A stretch of DNA of 64,000 bases from Eledone cirrhosa (GCA_964016885.1 OZ024740.1:157666001-157730000); one strand, 5' to 3'. Shown: positions 28,600-44,410, numbered from the stretch's first letter. The notes: a model not told the origin generated them from the sequence alone. Numbers and translations are program-made.

Positions 28600-30155
28600 T
28601 AACTAGCACCAATTCCTTCACCTATTTTGGCTCCACTTCCACCTCTTTTAAAGCTCGTCTCTATAATCATCATTCATCTTTCAAATACAAACTTAAAAGA
28701 ACCAACACGGCTCTCTCAGAACTCATATGGTCCTTGAAAGACAAAAACATTAAATATACCATCTTTTGGAAGAAGGTTTCTTCTGCATCCTCATACTTGA
28801 ACAGCTCTCTATCTAAAATCTGTAATCTCTGCCTAAATGAAAAATTTACCATTATCTCTAACCTAGATTCTATAATAAATAGACGTACAGATTTGTTTTC
28901 TATCTGCCTGCATACATTCCATAGGACTTTTCACAAAGTATACAGTTAATATTCAATTCTTTATCAATTTAGAATCTTCTCTCAAAGGCACATATACATA
29001 CACCTCTTTAAAATATACCCATCTTCCTACCTTACTTTAAAGGGCATTATACACTCTATAATACTTGTTTACTCATTACCCTCTTTCTATCTTCACCTTG
29101 TAAAATCCTTCATAACATATACATTTGTTTTTTTGACGTTAGAATATTCATCCGCAATCATTATTATTTTTTCTCTCTATCATAAAACTTTTTAATCTCA
29201 ATTTCATCCTTAATTTATTATTTTTTTCTCCCCATCAACGAACTCATTCTTAATACATATTAACTCTTTATTCGCATATATTATCAATTCCTTCAATATA
29301 CAAACTTTAACTTCACATTATTTTTCTCAAATCCTTCTACACACAAACCTTAATAATTTTTCTCTTCGTTAATTTTGAAATTGCCACAATACTTATCAAC
29401 ATACACTTTTTTTGACGTTAGAATATTCATCCACAATTATTATTTTTTCTCTCTATCTTCATACATAAATTCCCTTCGTTAATTTTCAAATTCCTTTAAT
29501 TTATACATTATCTTCCAACGGTTCTCAACCTCTCTATGTAAAACAATATATCTTTTATCAGTTATAAAAACTATCTCTTTCTCTCTATCACCCATCTCTC
29601 CCTCTCCACCTTCACTCTCATCTCCTCCCCCTTTTTTCACCCCCCCCCTCCCTAAATAAAATATTTTTTCCTCGCACATATCCTCCCTTCGTTAATTTTC
29701 AAATTCTTTTAATTTATACATTATCTTCCAACGGTTTTCAACCTCTCTATGTAAAACAATATATCTCCTCTCAGTTATAAAAACTATCTCTTTCTCTCTA
29801 TCACCCATCTCTCCCTCTCATCTCCCCTTTTTCATCCTTTCCACCCCCCTCTCTAAATAAAATATTTTTCCCAATATCACACATCAATCTAAAACCACTT
29901 TTCATATGTTGATTTAAAACTGCACTATCCACAAGTGTTTTTAGCCTTCATATCATGTTCTCCTGTTTTATCTGATGAAAACACAAATATTATTGCATGA
30001 TGATGTTTGTTTTTGAAATGCGCATAATAAAATACATGGAACTCCTTTAACCATCTTTTGATCTTATATTATGTATACTCCAGTCCTACAAACTGTAGAG
30101 TGCTTCTTATCCGATATCTGCATTGCTTTATTGTACTACAATAAAACTCACCTCC

Positions 30156-30158
<3 letters not shown>
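28600..30158 (+). mobile_element. Penelope-like element 3' remnant: GIY-YIG tail (to 28949), long 3' UTR with ~200-bp direct repeat, and HHR pseudo-LTR
   Basis: TSFKARLYNH..T.LSELIWSLKD...WKKV...CNLCLNEKF.I; duplicated segments 29470-29680 / 29683-29870; HHR at 29965. Confidence 0.8.
29965..30033 (+). ncRNA. Hammerhead ribozyme, ATGCGCAT stem III
   Basis: ttttat-CTGATGA-aaacacaaatatta..tgatgtttgttttt-GAAA-tgcgca-TA-ataaaa. Confidence 0.82.
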
Positions 30159-30195
<37 letters not shown>

Positions 30196-30210
30196 TATAT
30201 ATATATATAT

Positions 30211-30332
<122 letters not shown>

Positions 30333-31576
30333 CTAACATTCATTGACATACAAACATTTCTAGATGTATACACACATATGCACTAATGCAATGCATGCAT
30401 ATATAAGTGTGTCTGTGTTTGAGGTGTGTCTCTGTTTGTAATTAGTCTTCAGTCTTTTTACCAATATATGCTTTGGTTATCAAACTAACAATCTGAAAGA
30501 GAGATGTGCAATGTATTGTTGATACTTCGAATTCTCTAAAGGCGATGCCTCATTAAGTTAGAACAAGAATGAAGTGTAAAACATTTATTACATTTCCCCA
30601 CGAGGAAAGTTTGACTGAACTTTCACACATCTTTAGAGCCAATGAGTTAAACCAGAAACAAATTTAAATAAAGTCCGGTGGTGAGTAGATGAATAGAAAT
30701 ACATCGATCGTGAAGAAAAGTAAAATCTACGTTGTCAATTGTAATACAAACCAAACCGAATGCTTCCCTAAATACAAACTGATCTTAATGCATTCTCAGT
30801 TCTACTTTTGACCAAAGCATATCTTATACACACTTGCTTACTAATGACACTAGCAATTATTGTCATTTTCTTCTTCTTCTTCTTTTTTCCCTATCCCTCT
30901 TTGGGGGGAAATCGGCTTTGAACAAATCTGAAGTAGTATGTGCACCACCAGGCTTAAACTACCAGCGACCCTTCGACTCTATTAAAAGTTGTTTGATCAG
31001 TGATCAATATTATGGGAAAATTCGTCCCATATTTCCATCTGATCCCATACATCTCCTCCTTAAACTGGAAAATATATACTTTACTGATGATAAGGAAAGA
31101 AGACCGAAACATTTCCAGATTAATCTCTAATTATTGGCGAAGTAATCAAAATAATATTAGTCGTTGTTTAATATTACGTTAATTGCTTCAGTAGAGAATG
31201 TTTGTTTTTCCTTTCTCCTCGTATAATAATTATATATGTCTAGTGTTCATTAAACTTGTTAACATAAAAAATAGCTTGGAAAGATTGCTCTAACAAAGTT
31301 ATTGTCATTTTCTGTTATGTGCTAATACCTGTCTTTATAAAGTAATTGGTTGATGTTCATATAAAAATGTTTGTCATTGAAAACCAATTATAAAAGCCGG
31401 TCATAGTAAAACCTTTTATATCGGCACAACGTATTCATTTTGGTATTTGTGTATGGACCCGTAATAACTGATGGAGTCATAAGGGTGCTGTCCTGAAATA
31501 CGCGTCTTGGGCATCCCTCTCTATGTCTGAAGACACCAAATTTCTTCCAGAGAAGCGGCGAGAGAGAGAGGAAGTG

Positions 31577-31642
<66 letters not shown>

Positions 31643-32017
31643 AGTGATATATATATATATAACAAAGGAATTGTGGTAAGGAACCAGATGGACCATAACG
31701 CACCAGAGTACTCAATACTTAGGGTAGTAGAGTGGGAAAATAGGAAAGAGTATGACCCCGACGACAGAGCTCAAGCCGTTTCGACAGCTGATGAAAACGA
31801 CTGGTTATAAACAAAGAATTGGAGATCGAGTGGCGCATAATCAGGCGGATAGCGAACTCTAGACCTACCAGATCAAAGAAAAAATAGTCAATAATGTGAA
31901 TAAAGCCCGTATTGTATATATATAATATATATATATATATAATATATATATATATAATATATATATAATATAATATATATATATATATATATTATATATA
32001 CATATATATATATATAT

Positions 32018-32085
<68 letters not shown>

Positions 32086-32099
32086 ATATATATATATAT

Positions 32100-32130
<31 letters not shown>

Positions 32131-32148
32131 ATATATATATATATATAT

Positions 32149-32180
<32 letters not shown>

Positions 32181-32194
32181 ATATATATATATAT

Positions 32195-32226
<32 letters not shown>

Positions 32227-32285
32227 ATATACATATATATATATATATATATATACATATATATACATATATATATATATATATA

Positions 32286-32349
<64 letters not shown>

Positions 32350-32513
32350 CTCGATATGAATACCCCCTCCGCCTCCGTGGTATTTTCTTCGTGGTTATAA
32401 GAGGCTTAGCTCTGTTTCTCGACCGTTATATCGCGTGACTATCTCCCCCTCCGCCTTTTGGGATTCTTTCTCACGTCGTGTAGACGCGTTCTTGAGACTA
32501 GTAAAATGGGGTA

Positions 32514-32601
32514 TCCTCTTGATAAGTCGGCAGACCTCGCAAGGACTCTATATCTTTGATATATTGTTTTTGTTTATGCCACGAAACTACGTAGTCGACG
32601 A
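32514..32601 (+). ncRNA. Degenerate hammerhead ribozyme with long stem II loop
   Basis: tcctc-ttgataa-gtcggca...tgccac-GAAAC-tacgta-GTC-gacga; palindromic ACTACGTAGT stem III. Confidence 0.55.
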
Positions 32602-32843
32602 ATTTAGGAGCAGTTTAGGTATGATACATTTTATTACTAATTATATCTAAATGTTTCTTCTCTCTTCATAATGTATTTTTAACTCTGATACTGGTTCAGT
32701 CTAGTTCAAACTGAATTGGTCTGTCCCAGTCATTCATTGAGCAACATCGGTGAAGTTGGCACCCTTAACTCACAGTTGGGTGCGGATGCATTCATGTATA
32801 TATATGTGTGTCCGCATGTATCTGTGTGTTTCTAAATATATTG

Positions 32844-32879
<36 letters not shown>

Positions 32880-33227
32880 TTTTTGTCGACCTCGAAAGAT
32901 TGCAAGGTAAAGCTGGCCTTGTCGGACTTTGTATTCAGTGAGCCGAAACGAATACCCTAAAGTATTTTAACCGACGTAATCATTTATCATCTCAGAAACA
33001 TTGATAGCAACATATGAATAATTATCATAACATATAAAAAGAGAGTGTAACCGGATAAAACTTTTTTCAGTTGGTACATATTAATAAAAATTATACTCAG
33101 GAGACACAAATACAGATATTTCGATGTTGACATCATATATATAGAAAATGTGCATACCAATAAAAAGTCGTATTGAAGTATATGTGTGCGTGTGTGTGTA
33201 TGTTTAGTTACCACGTAATGTGTACTT

Positions 33228-33272
<45 letters not shown>

Positions 33273-33279
33273 AATTCGG

Positions 33280-33452
33280 GACCCCGACGGGTGAGCTCCT
33301 GCCGTTTCAACAGCTAGATCGGATCTAGCTGTTGAAAATGCAAGAGCTCAGCCGTCAGGGACTCAAAGTTTTCATATTACCCACTCTACTACTCCAAGTA
33401 TCGAGTACTCTAGTGAGTAATAGACTAATTGGTTTTTACCGCCTTCATTCTG
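33280..33452. mobile_element. Fold-back of half-HHR pseudo-LTR module
   Basis: Palindrome 33280-33362 made of two opposed copies of ctagctgttGAAACGGC..GCCGTCggggtc; the tail matches 49053-49133. Confidence 0.7.
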
Positions 33453-33603
33453 ATATATATATATATTTATATATATATATATATATTTTCATATTTATTT
33501 TCATTTGTACCACTTCCACCGTTTCCTCTCACCCCCTTTTTCTAAATGTCTCTCCCCCACTCCCCTACACACCCTTGGAACTCTCTTCCCACACACTTTT
33601 TGC

Positions 33604-33707
33604 CTGAAGAAGGGCTTATGCCCGAAACCCCCCCCCCCACTCTCAAGAGCGTGAAACTAATAAACCTTTGTTCGTATTGCCTCTCTGTTTTGTTCCCGTT
33701 CCATTTT

Positions 33708-33712
<5 letters not shown>
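33604..33712 (+). mobile_element. PLE pseudo-LTR module with HHR core lacking the cleavage triplet (copy of 606-728)
   Basis: CTGAAGA-A-GGGC-ttat-GCCC-GAAAC followed by poly-C; the downstream sequence matches 655-725. Confidence 0.75.
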
Positions 33713-33750
<38 letters not shown>

Positions 33751-33762
33751 TGTATATATATA

Positions 33763-33827
<65 letters not shown>

Positions 33828-34373
33828 GCATGTGTGTGTGTGTGAGAGGGTGAGAGGGAAAAATTATATATATAGCTGATATAGATGGATAAAGGAAATG
33901 ATCGTTAGAGGAATACGAGCTATAGGGCTAGATAGAAGAAGTATGGGATAAATAAATTGATAGAAAAACGACAGAATCTCAGAAGAGTAAGTTTATATTC
34001 CAAAATAACGTATGTATATATATTTCAGTGCAGAAGTAAATGATAAAGTAGAAAATCAAACTTTCCATGTTGTTGTCTTCCTGTTTCTTCTACAACGATT
34101 ACAACGGTACGCAATGGAGACCACACACAGCCCCGGCTGACAGAATGGAGAAGGCGTTTACCCGGTGTACGGCAAGGCGTTTACCCGGTGTACAGAAGGA
34201 CTTTGTATGTAGTTAAAAGGTAAATGTTTAATCCTGATCGCTTTCTTCATCAGGCATGCTGCTTGTTTTCTCATCAATAACTTACTTCCCTAACTCTTTC
34301 ATTCTACACAGACAGGGAACAGATATATACATGCATACACACACATATATATATATAGATATGTGTGTGTTTC

Positions 34374-34409
<36 letters not shown>

Positions 34410-34488
34410 TGCTCACGAGAAAACAAAACTCGTGGCGTTAGCTTTTGTATTTCATTTGTTATCACTGACCTTTGAAAAAAATTATACA

Positions 34489-35408
<920 letters not shown>

Positions 35409-35437
35409 ATAACTTGTGTGTTACACCTCTATTCTTT

Positions 35438-35527
<90 letters not shown>

Positions 35528-35859
35528 TAGGAATTAGCTCCATGCATAGCTGTATGCAGATATGTATTGAAATTTCGTATTTCTAAAGAAATGCGGTATG
35601 TTTATTGATAAACGTTTAGAAAGCCGTAGCTATACAAAACACCGCGGCTATAAAGAGATGTCAACATGAATGGACCTATTATTTTTATCTAAAGACATTT
35701 TTTCCAATTCCATCCCGCCCGTCCCCTTAATCTATTTTATTTCTCATTGTTTCTTCTGCTGAAGCAATAGCGTCCGAAACGTTAAGACCCGATTGTGTTG
35801 TTATTTCTGTTTACCTTTTACATACATATAGATATATATCAGCATATAGAGAGCAGTAT

Positions 35860-36545
35860 CCATAGAGATATGTGTTCAATCATAGGCGATCAAAAACCAA
35901 CAGATTGACTAACATATTATTTACGGAAGGAATGGTGAATACAAATCAATTAAAAGAATATATTAAAGTATACTAACCATCCAATTATATCTATAACACC
36001 CGGATGATCAAATTAGAATATGTTTCGCTATAAAAGGTGAGGAATACATATTGTTGATGTAGCTCATCAGCGAGTGTCTATCAATACGATCAACACTTCT
36101 AAAAAATATATCAGATGACTAAGAATACACACATGGTATAGAGAAAAGACGTGTGTTTTCTAGCCCATGGTGGTGGGAATAGACCAAAAGACTGCTAAAA
36201 ACAGCAGCTCAGAACCATTCAACTTAAGAAGCTCTACTTAAATACAGAAATGAATTAGGAGCCAATACATCAAATTAAAAGCGGAGTTAAAGACTCACAT
36301 TTATTCCCTATGATTTAATGAGCTCAAGGAATTGATTCTGGACTCTTTATAAACCAGCATATAGAGACTAGTAAAAGACTAAACTCAATTAAAAGAATAT
36401 ATTAGAGTGTTATAGTTATAATTAGATGGTTAGTACATTTTAATACATACTTTTAATTGATTTGTATTCACCATTCCTTCTGTAGTTAATATGTTCGTAA
36501 CTCTGGTGGTTTTCTATCCCCTGTGATTGAACACATATCTCTATT
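35860..36545. repeat. Diverged ~140-bp inverted repeat (35860-36000 / 36406-36545)
   Basis: gaaggaatggtgaatacaaatcaattaaaag and its reverse complement, with extended flanking similarity. Confidence 0.75.
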
Positions 36546-36600
36546 TTACGTAAATAGATATATAATATTACATACATATATGTGTATTATATCATGTATA

Positions 36601-36688
<88 letters not shown>

Positions 36689-36768
36689 AACTTACGTATT
36701 CTTAAATCTTACACACACACACATATATATATACACACACATATATATATATATACACATATATATAT

Positions 36769-36799
<31 letters not shown>

Positions 36800-37399
36800 A
36801 ATACATACACATATATACATTATTTCATGAAATAAAAGGTGGCAGTGTTATTGAAGTTTCGTCTGCAATGAGATTCTTCAGACTTCAAATTTGCAGTCTT
36901 AAAAGTTTCATTAAAAAGGGAAACTTCGATGTCCTTGGCATATTTTTCTCGGAAAAATAAAGCCTATAACATGTATTCTGTGTACATTCAGTAAATGATT
37001 ATCATAGTCTATGTAAGTTTCACATAAAACACCTCATATAATATATCAATGTATACGCACGCACACACTCACACATGCACGAATGAATTGCACGAATGAA
37101 AAGCATGAGCTGCGCCAGCAGTGACAATTGTAGTTTCGCCTATGGATATTATCTCTGTGCAAAAAAGTGTTGAAATTTATTGTTTCACAGTACTTGTGCA
37201 ACACGCGCGTAGACGATGCCAGCCGAACAACAGAGCTGCGATGGAGTTGTTCTGCATGGTTGTCTGTGTGTTTTCTAAATTTAAGACAGTAGGGAGGGTT
37301 GTGATATGGAGGAGAGTTAGCTGCTGTTTCTAGCAGGTTTACTGACCTGATAGAATATATGTTTTCTAAATTTAAGACAGTAGGGAGTGGTGTGATATA

Positions 37400-37838
37400 T
37401 CGCTTGTTGTTGAATAAATGTATCTGTTGCTTTTGAATAATTGTCGTTTCGTATGAAATGTAATAATTTGAAGTATAAAAGAGAAAGTAGCAAAATGTGT
37501 GAGTGGTAGATAGAGGGAAGCAGATGATACGACAGAGTAATACGGACAGTATCACCATCAAGCTTGGAAAGAGAAAGTAGCAGAAAGTATGAAGTTGTAT
37601 AGATTTTGAATGGTAGTGGAAAGAGTTTAGCAGTTTAAATGACAGAGAAAAATCGTAAAATATTGAGTTTTATCTATTTTTTGCGTAATTGTGAGTGAAA
37701 TTGAAAAAATTATCTGCGTCAAGACGCAATCGAGACTATTTCGAATACTAAATGGTAAGTTTCAATTGAAGAAATTCTATATCGTAGATTTCTATAACGA
37801 AGGAGCTTGACCACACACTGAGCTTTATAGATTATGAT
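37400..37838 (-). mobile_element. Probable Helitron-like 5' fragment
   Basis: Minus strand starts atcataatctataaagctcagtgtgtg..; composition resembles the other Helitron heads here; no 3' CTAG end was found. Confidence 0.35.
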
Positions 37839-37934
37839 TAATTTATATTAACTCATATTTCACGGCTCAGAAATGCTTCTTTCTTTGAGCTAATTAATTG
37901 TAAAAGACTGTTTGAGTTTATAACTCTAAATATA

Positions 37935-38005
<71 letters not shown>

Positions 38006-38115
38006 TATACTGTATATTATACATATAATATATACATATATATATATATTATATATATATACATATATATATATACATATATATATATATACATATATAT
38101 AAATATTATATATAT

Positions 38116-38171
<56 letters not shown>

Positions 38172-38179
38172 TATCTTTA

Positions 38180-39148
38180 ACTTTGTCGGATGGTAAGTAT
38201 ATAAGTTCCCTATTCCGTAGGTTCTTCAGGGCGAGTTGTTGTGTCCTGGAGAGGTTTGTAGCTATCTTCTTCTGTTTCCGTACGATGTTAAATACGGAAT
38301 GTTTTAGCCTCGAGAGTTTTTCTTCAAACTCGCGGTTGGCAGGCGGTGGACAGAGTGGGCGATCCAGTTGGTATATCGGGAATCTGGGTTTGATAGATTC
38401 CGTAGTGTTGTTGCCGAGAGTCGGATAGAAACTAAGGAAAGAAACCTCGACAATCTTAGAATTAAGGAAGCACTAATTATAGATAAACACAACCACCAAT
38501 CAATAATAGACTAGAACTCAACACCCAATTTATAACCTGATAAGCTTCTAGCCCCATATTTACACACACCCCACACACACACACGCACGCACACACACAC
38601 ACACACACACACGCTTACACCTCCACTTATTCTCTCTCACACATACACACACAAAACCAGTTCTAACACCAGATAACACCTATCCCCCACATTTACGAAT
38701 AGACTTATCTTCTCACACTCACACACACACACTCACATACTTACACCTTCATGCATTCTCCCACACACTTAAACAGGCATGTATATAAAAAAAAAACCCC
38801 AAAACCCCAAAACAAATCCCTTTTAAAGGGAGACTACTCTTTATCCACCTAATTTTAACTCTTTGACATTAGAGATAGAACAGATACTCTATACCATTTC
38901 CTGTCAGCATGACTTGGCAAGCTATTTAGAACGCTGGTTTGAGACCTTTATTTCCCTCTGAAGAAGAGATATTATCTCAAAAATTAAGGACATTTAAATA
39001 AATCTAAGGTAAAAGACGAATTGTCAATAATATCTTTTGCAATTGCATTCTTTTTTCTATGTCCATACCTGCATTGTTTTGGCTTTATTATACATATTCA
39101 AACGTTTATACCTCATTACACAATGCTTCAAGTGAACTATAACCTCCT

Positions 39149-39152
<4 letters not shown>
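38180..39152. mobile_element. Rearranged Penelope-like element: inverted pre-RT fragment (38180-38410, -) joined to GIY-YIG tail, 3' UTR and HHR (+)
   Basis: Minus strand: [26 protein letters not shown]. Plus strand: LRIKEALIIDKH. HHR-like ccct-CTGAAGA-a-GAGAT-att-ATCTC-aAAA-atta-agg at 38954-38990. Confidence 0.75.
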
Positions 39153-39204
<52 letters not shown>

Positions 39205-39286
39205 GGTTCATGGAGTAATAATAGCAAAAGAATGATGAATAACATGGTCGGCTGTATAATAGTGTTTATTTACAGTATTAACAATT

Positions 39287-39394
39287 GTTTCTGACGATTT
39301 GATATCGGGTATCGACTAGTTAAGGTCGAGTGACGTAACTTCTAACGATCACCGGCTTTTAGACTCACTCGATTAAAGAAACAATTGTTAAAAC
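39287..39394 (+). ncRNA. Hammerhead ribozyme with large stem II insertion, inside inverted arms 39215-39291 / 39378-39450
   Basis: gttt-CTGACGA-tttgat..gtcgagtga..tcactcg-attaaa-GAAA-caattg-TT-aaaac. A related copy at 51823 has GAAACAATTGTC. Confidence 0.65.
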
Positions 39395-39671
39395 TGTAAA
39401 TAAACCCTATTGTACAGCCAACCATGTTATTCTTCATTATTTTGTTATTATATATATAAAACGAGGAAGTTTCATTTACATGTGAAGAATATTTATTGCG
39501 TATCGACCTGTTCCGCGCGTTTCGCAGGGGATTAGTTCAAGGTGACCCATCGGAGCTATGAACCAGAAAGATATGTAAACGAAACTTCCTCGCTTTTTCT
39601 ATTATATACACTCTGCCGGTTGATATAGTGCTTGATTTGGTACCAAAACCAGTATTTCACCGCATTACCTA

Positions 39672-39713
<42 letters not shown>

Positions 39714-39772
39714 AACGGAATGACCAGTTCTATCCAGTTCTATCCAGTGGTAAACCACTAAACAAAATGATG

Positions 39773-39840
<68 letters not shown>

Positions 39841-39979
39841 TATTTGGTGGCTGCCAACTCGTTTTCGAGTACGGCCACTACTTTATATCTATGTAGTAGA
39901 ACCCCTACCGATGCGCTTAACGAGTGTGACTTTTAGTCCAGCCAGCGACTTGAAAACTCTGGTACAAACACTACACTTG

Positions 39980-40185
39980 TGACAATTATTGACACATATT
40001 GCTGGGCCCATGGTACCATGTGACGACTAGTGCAGAGGGATCTCCAGATACAAAGCAATGCCTGTGCCGTGAAGCTTTTATAGTGAGCAAAGGCACTGCA
40101 CAAAGCCAGTCCCACTCTCTTAACCAAGATGATATTTACCAAAAAGAAGAACAAGTCAACATCATTGGATACCATCAGGGTTGCA
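39980..40185 (+). mobile_element. Tc1/mariner-like transposase fragment (degenerate)
   Basis: Translation RLVQRDL.YK...R..F......TLLTKM resembles the segment preceding the FSDEK motif of Tc1-like transposases. Confidence 0.4.
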
Positions 40186-40193
40186 GGTGTTAG

Positions 40194-40445
40194 ATCAGAG
40201 TTTTCCTTCTCCTAGAATTCTGCCTTGACAAAGGCTAAGGGGTCATCTCTCCCGATGATTTTGGATGGCCATTGACTCTTAAGAGCTCCTTTGCCCTTTG
40301 ACAGGTTTTGTTTTAATCCTGCAGGATGTCCAAAGTCACCCTCCTCACCAAGAAACCTTGGTGGGGTTGCCTGTTTAGTCGCCAACGACCCGACCATGAG
40401 ACAGTTTGTACTGGGATACATGTTACCAGTAGCACCAACTGGTGA
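40194..40445 (-). mobile_element. RTE-like 5' fragment (related to the 11262 and 50228 elements)
   Basis: Minus strand contains ctaggagaaggaaaactctgatc and taagagtcaatggccatcc shared with those copies. Confidence 0.65.
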
Positions 40446-40970
40446 CCTGACATAAATCCATATATACATACATACATACATACATACATACATACATACA
40501 TACATACATACATACATACATACATACATACATACATAGATACATACTTGAGATGAGCCATTTACATATATATGTGTTTGTATATTATAGCTATGTCCCT
40601 GGAATAATTTATGTGTACTTCAAGAAACCATCAATATGCTCGCTATCTGATGTGCTCTCTCATTCAGTCTGTTTCTCTCAACGGTTTGTCTAAGAATGCT
40701 TTCTTTAAACTATAGATAAACATTAATTGAATAATCGTATCATATTAATTATTTTGTTGTTTTCCCCTAAGGGAATTTGAATTTCTTTGCATCAAAACAT
40801 TTGCCATCTATTCATTATTATACAGTATCCTATTTATATTCAATAGAAATCGTGTAAGGAAAAATTCGAAGCAAATTTGTACGTTTCTGAAGAATATATA
40901 TAAAATATATAATATATTTATATATATGATATTATGTATTTATATATATCATATATTATATATATATATT

Positions 40971-41172
40971 GAGTGGTTAGATAATTGGATTCACAATCTT
41001 GAGGTTGTGAGTTCGATTTCCTGACCGGGAGATGCGTGATGTCCTTGACCGAGTCACTTTATTTCACATTGCTCCTTCTACCTGGAGCTGCGACCGATAG
41101 ATAGTACTAGCAACTGAAAAGACCGACGGAAACATTGTATCCTCGGTCCGATTTGACGAAAGTCGATCGATT
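40971..41172 (+). mobile_element. tRNA-derived SINE (family B-like); tail repeated at 50936-51030
   Basis: AGTGGTTAG, B-box GAGTTCGATTTCC and core gtccttga; tail ggaaacattg..cctcggtccgatttgacgaaagtcgatcga. Confidence 0.75.
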
Positions 41173-41224
41173 CTTTTATATATATATTTACTCCTTATCG
41201 AATGGAGTGCTGACACGGAACGCA

Positions 41225-41377
41225 GTGGAGAAGTTCACCAACACATTTTCACTGAAAGACATCCCGATTCCTTCCAACGAAACTTATTTAAAACTGTTGA
41301 TCGAGAAAACCAATTCATTCACCCGTTGTATGAGGTGGCGAGCCTATCAATTTGATTCTTTATCCTTCAACCTTTAA
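41225..41377 (+). mobile_element. Penelope-like ORF N-terminal fragment
   Basis: FSLKDIPIPSNETYLKLLIEKTNSFTRCMRWRAYQF matches the PLE N-terminal signature (KNIPIP...RMRW.A). Confidence 0.65.
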
Positions 41378-42573
41378 ACGCTATTCCCTCCCCAACACTC
41401 ATAAAAACCCATTTATAAGTGTTTATGAAAACATATCGGCACATCTGTCAGCAGTTTAGATGTGTCTTTGCACATGTAAACACACATATCTGACAAGATG
41501 TCGAAAAAAGTCATCTTGATTGTACCCTGAGCTGATCGATATCGTAAAAATTGTAATATGCCAAAAACGTTTGTACATATTCTGCAACACTGACTTAGAT
41601 TCCTCTTAATCTATAACACACACATACGCGCCCACACACACTAGGTAGAATTGGTCATTCTGCAATGTTAACCATTATGTAATAGTAGGAAAGCACTCGA
41701 CGTTATGCAACTCATCCATCTTCGATGTTGACTCCTGCTGGCGGTGCGGGAAGAGAGTTAAGTGTTATATTATAGAGTAAAATGACAGGAGGCCGGACAG
41801 GTTGAATTCTTTCAATTATTTATTACTGCAAACATTATGCACATTTCAGTGGTCAGGTTGCATAAGATCCTAGTGGCATCATCAGGGGTATATTGAATAA
41901 TAATTGTATACCAAAGGAATGATGGTAAACACATTCCAAGAGGCTTTAAGGAAAAAGCAAAGAAAAGAAAACAGAGAAGGAAAAAAATGTGTTTTTGTTT
42001 TTGACTCAGAGACGATCGTGGTAGTCTGTTGTCATTTTGGTTCGTTGTTTCTCTATATATATATCCGTGAAAAGTGAAAAATAGATCCAAATATGGAATA
42101 TACATTTATTACCAAAATACTGTACTAATTTACATAATTACTCGAAAATCTGCCAGCAATATCTACTATAGTGTTTGATGTTATACACCAGTTATGTATT
42201 TTTTTCTGTCTGGGACTAAAAGGAACAAATTTAAGAAACAAGAAATACAATCATTGAAGAAGTGAGCTCGAATAAAATCTCATCTACCTAGGTACAAAAC
42301 TGTGGTCTTCAACCTAGTACATACATATGTATACATATATATTACGCCAATATATTCTAATGTAGGGCAACACTAAATATAACTCTTATGGTGTTTTAAA
42401 TAGCCATTATAATTTAGACCATGTAATTGTGTATATATTGGCTGTATAATATACCAATTTACAAGTCTCAGAATTAATGTTGTAATGCTAATTCGTATTG
42501 ATTTATATAATATTATTCATATATCGGTGTATATATTTGTTAGAGTAGGTGTGTGTGTGTATGTATGTATGTA

Positions 42574-42652
<79 letters not shown>

Positions 42653-44009
42653 AATATATATATGTGTGTGTGTATTATTGTTTCATACAGTAGGTAAATC
42701 ATCAATTTTATAAACTAAAGATAAGAAGATCATGTATTTGTTTACTAAACACACATTCCCTGTCAATATTATCTTTATAATTGGTGGGCTGCCGCAATAT
42801 GTGTTCATTTTATTAATTTTTTATGTTATTGTTGCATTCCAGCAGTAGTGTATCTTGGACTACATTATGTATCTTTCTTTTTTCGGGCGGGGTGTTGGGA
42901 TATGATAGATTTAGCTGGGGGTTTTTCTAGTTGGCCGAGCAACCACGCAGTTGGGGTATTCGTTGTTATGGTTGTTTATCCTTAGCTCCACTATCAGATA
43001 TTTTTTCTTTCTTGTTTGATTATATAATTAAATAAATAATAAATATTTAATTAAACGATAAATATTCATCACAACGGAAGGTATATTAGAAGATCTAAGA
43101 TGAATTTAATGTCGATATAATTTAGTTTCCTCTTAACCCTATAATTCTTTGCTTAAATATATATTATTTAACTAATTGCGCTGCTAATGAATGCGAGACA
43201 TGCAAATTAGACTGGTTGCGTGAGTTAAATCTTATACTACGTCAGACATGAATAACAACTGTTATAAGCAATGGCTGTAAGCTGAATCACAGTTGTAGTT
43301 GTTTTCCGATGAATGGATAACAATCTAGGAAACGCGGAAAGGCAATCTGTTTGTTTGTTTTTGTGTATATGGAGTAAATGAAAAAAATATATATATATAT
43401 TTGCTAACTTTTTTTATTAGCGGAGCCAATAATTTTTTTAAAATGTAGTTACATCTACATTAGATGCACGTCTTGGAAATTAAAACGGTCATTTCAGTTA
43501 TGTTCCATAATGTATTTGACAGAAATACTGACTACTAAAAGCCTTCTCTGCAGGCAGAATCACAGGATCCCTCCCACCCCAGTGATTTTGTATAAGATGT
43601 TCTATATGTATTTACTTCTCCGAATGAGATTATTTTAGCAATCTCTTTTCATTGAGAAGCTATGTATATTCGTGGTAAATTTACGTATGTATAATACACA
43701 CACACACAAATATATATATACATATATATATGTGTGTGCGCGCGCGTGCGTGTGTGCGTGCTTGTTCGTGTGAGTCTGTGTGTATGTGCAATAGATTCAC
43801 GGGCTTGAGAAAGTACCAGATTGGTGATTGGCGCGAATAAGACCACCGAAACTGAAATATGGTGAAAGGTATAAACAGGCAGCACCAACTTTGGCGTGGG
43901 TTAACAAGGGATGCATTCAGGCCTTAGAGCTTGTTCGAACAATATATTGTATTCTCCATTTCATGCCGCAAAAACTGGCGATGGGCCCGCGAACTATACT
44001 GAGAGGTGT

Positions 44010-44410
44010 GGGATAGACGCACAAAGATTGTGTATCCCGGACCCCAAAGAGGGTTCGGAAGGGAGCAGGAACTAGTGGAGCAAGCTAAACACTACAGGCT
44101 ACATATAGTTGGGGTTTCCTGATCAAAGTTACTTAGCACTGGTATTGTAGATTTGGATGGAGGATGGAAACTCCACTATACATGTGTGGTGCCAGAAATG
44201 ACTGCACATATAGGAGTGGGGATACTTACAGGCCCCCGGTTGTCGGAATGAGTATTAGACTGGATCTCGAGGGGAGGAAGGATTTGCCTCTTGAAGCTTA
44301 GGATGAAAGATATGTCTCTGAGGGTGGTGAAAGTTTATGCACCAAACAAGCAGTCCAAGTGCAGATCCTTCCTTGATGAAGTCACTGAAGCGTTAGATGA
44401 ATGCGTCACA
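44010..44410 (+). mobile_element. L1/Tx1 APE endonuclease fragment (degenerate)
   Basis: IVGVS*SKL ... DLEGR.ICLLKLRMKDMSLRVVKVYAPNKQSKCRSFLDEV. Confidence 0.7.

Noticed and set aside
41830-41890. Possible minus-strand hammerhead (CTGATGA...GAAATGTGCATA)
   Set aside because: Core boxes are present but stems I and II do not pair convincingly; not counted.
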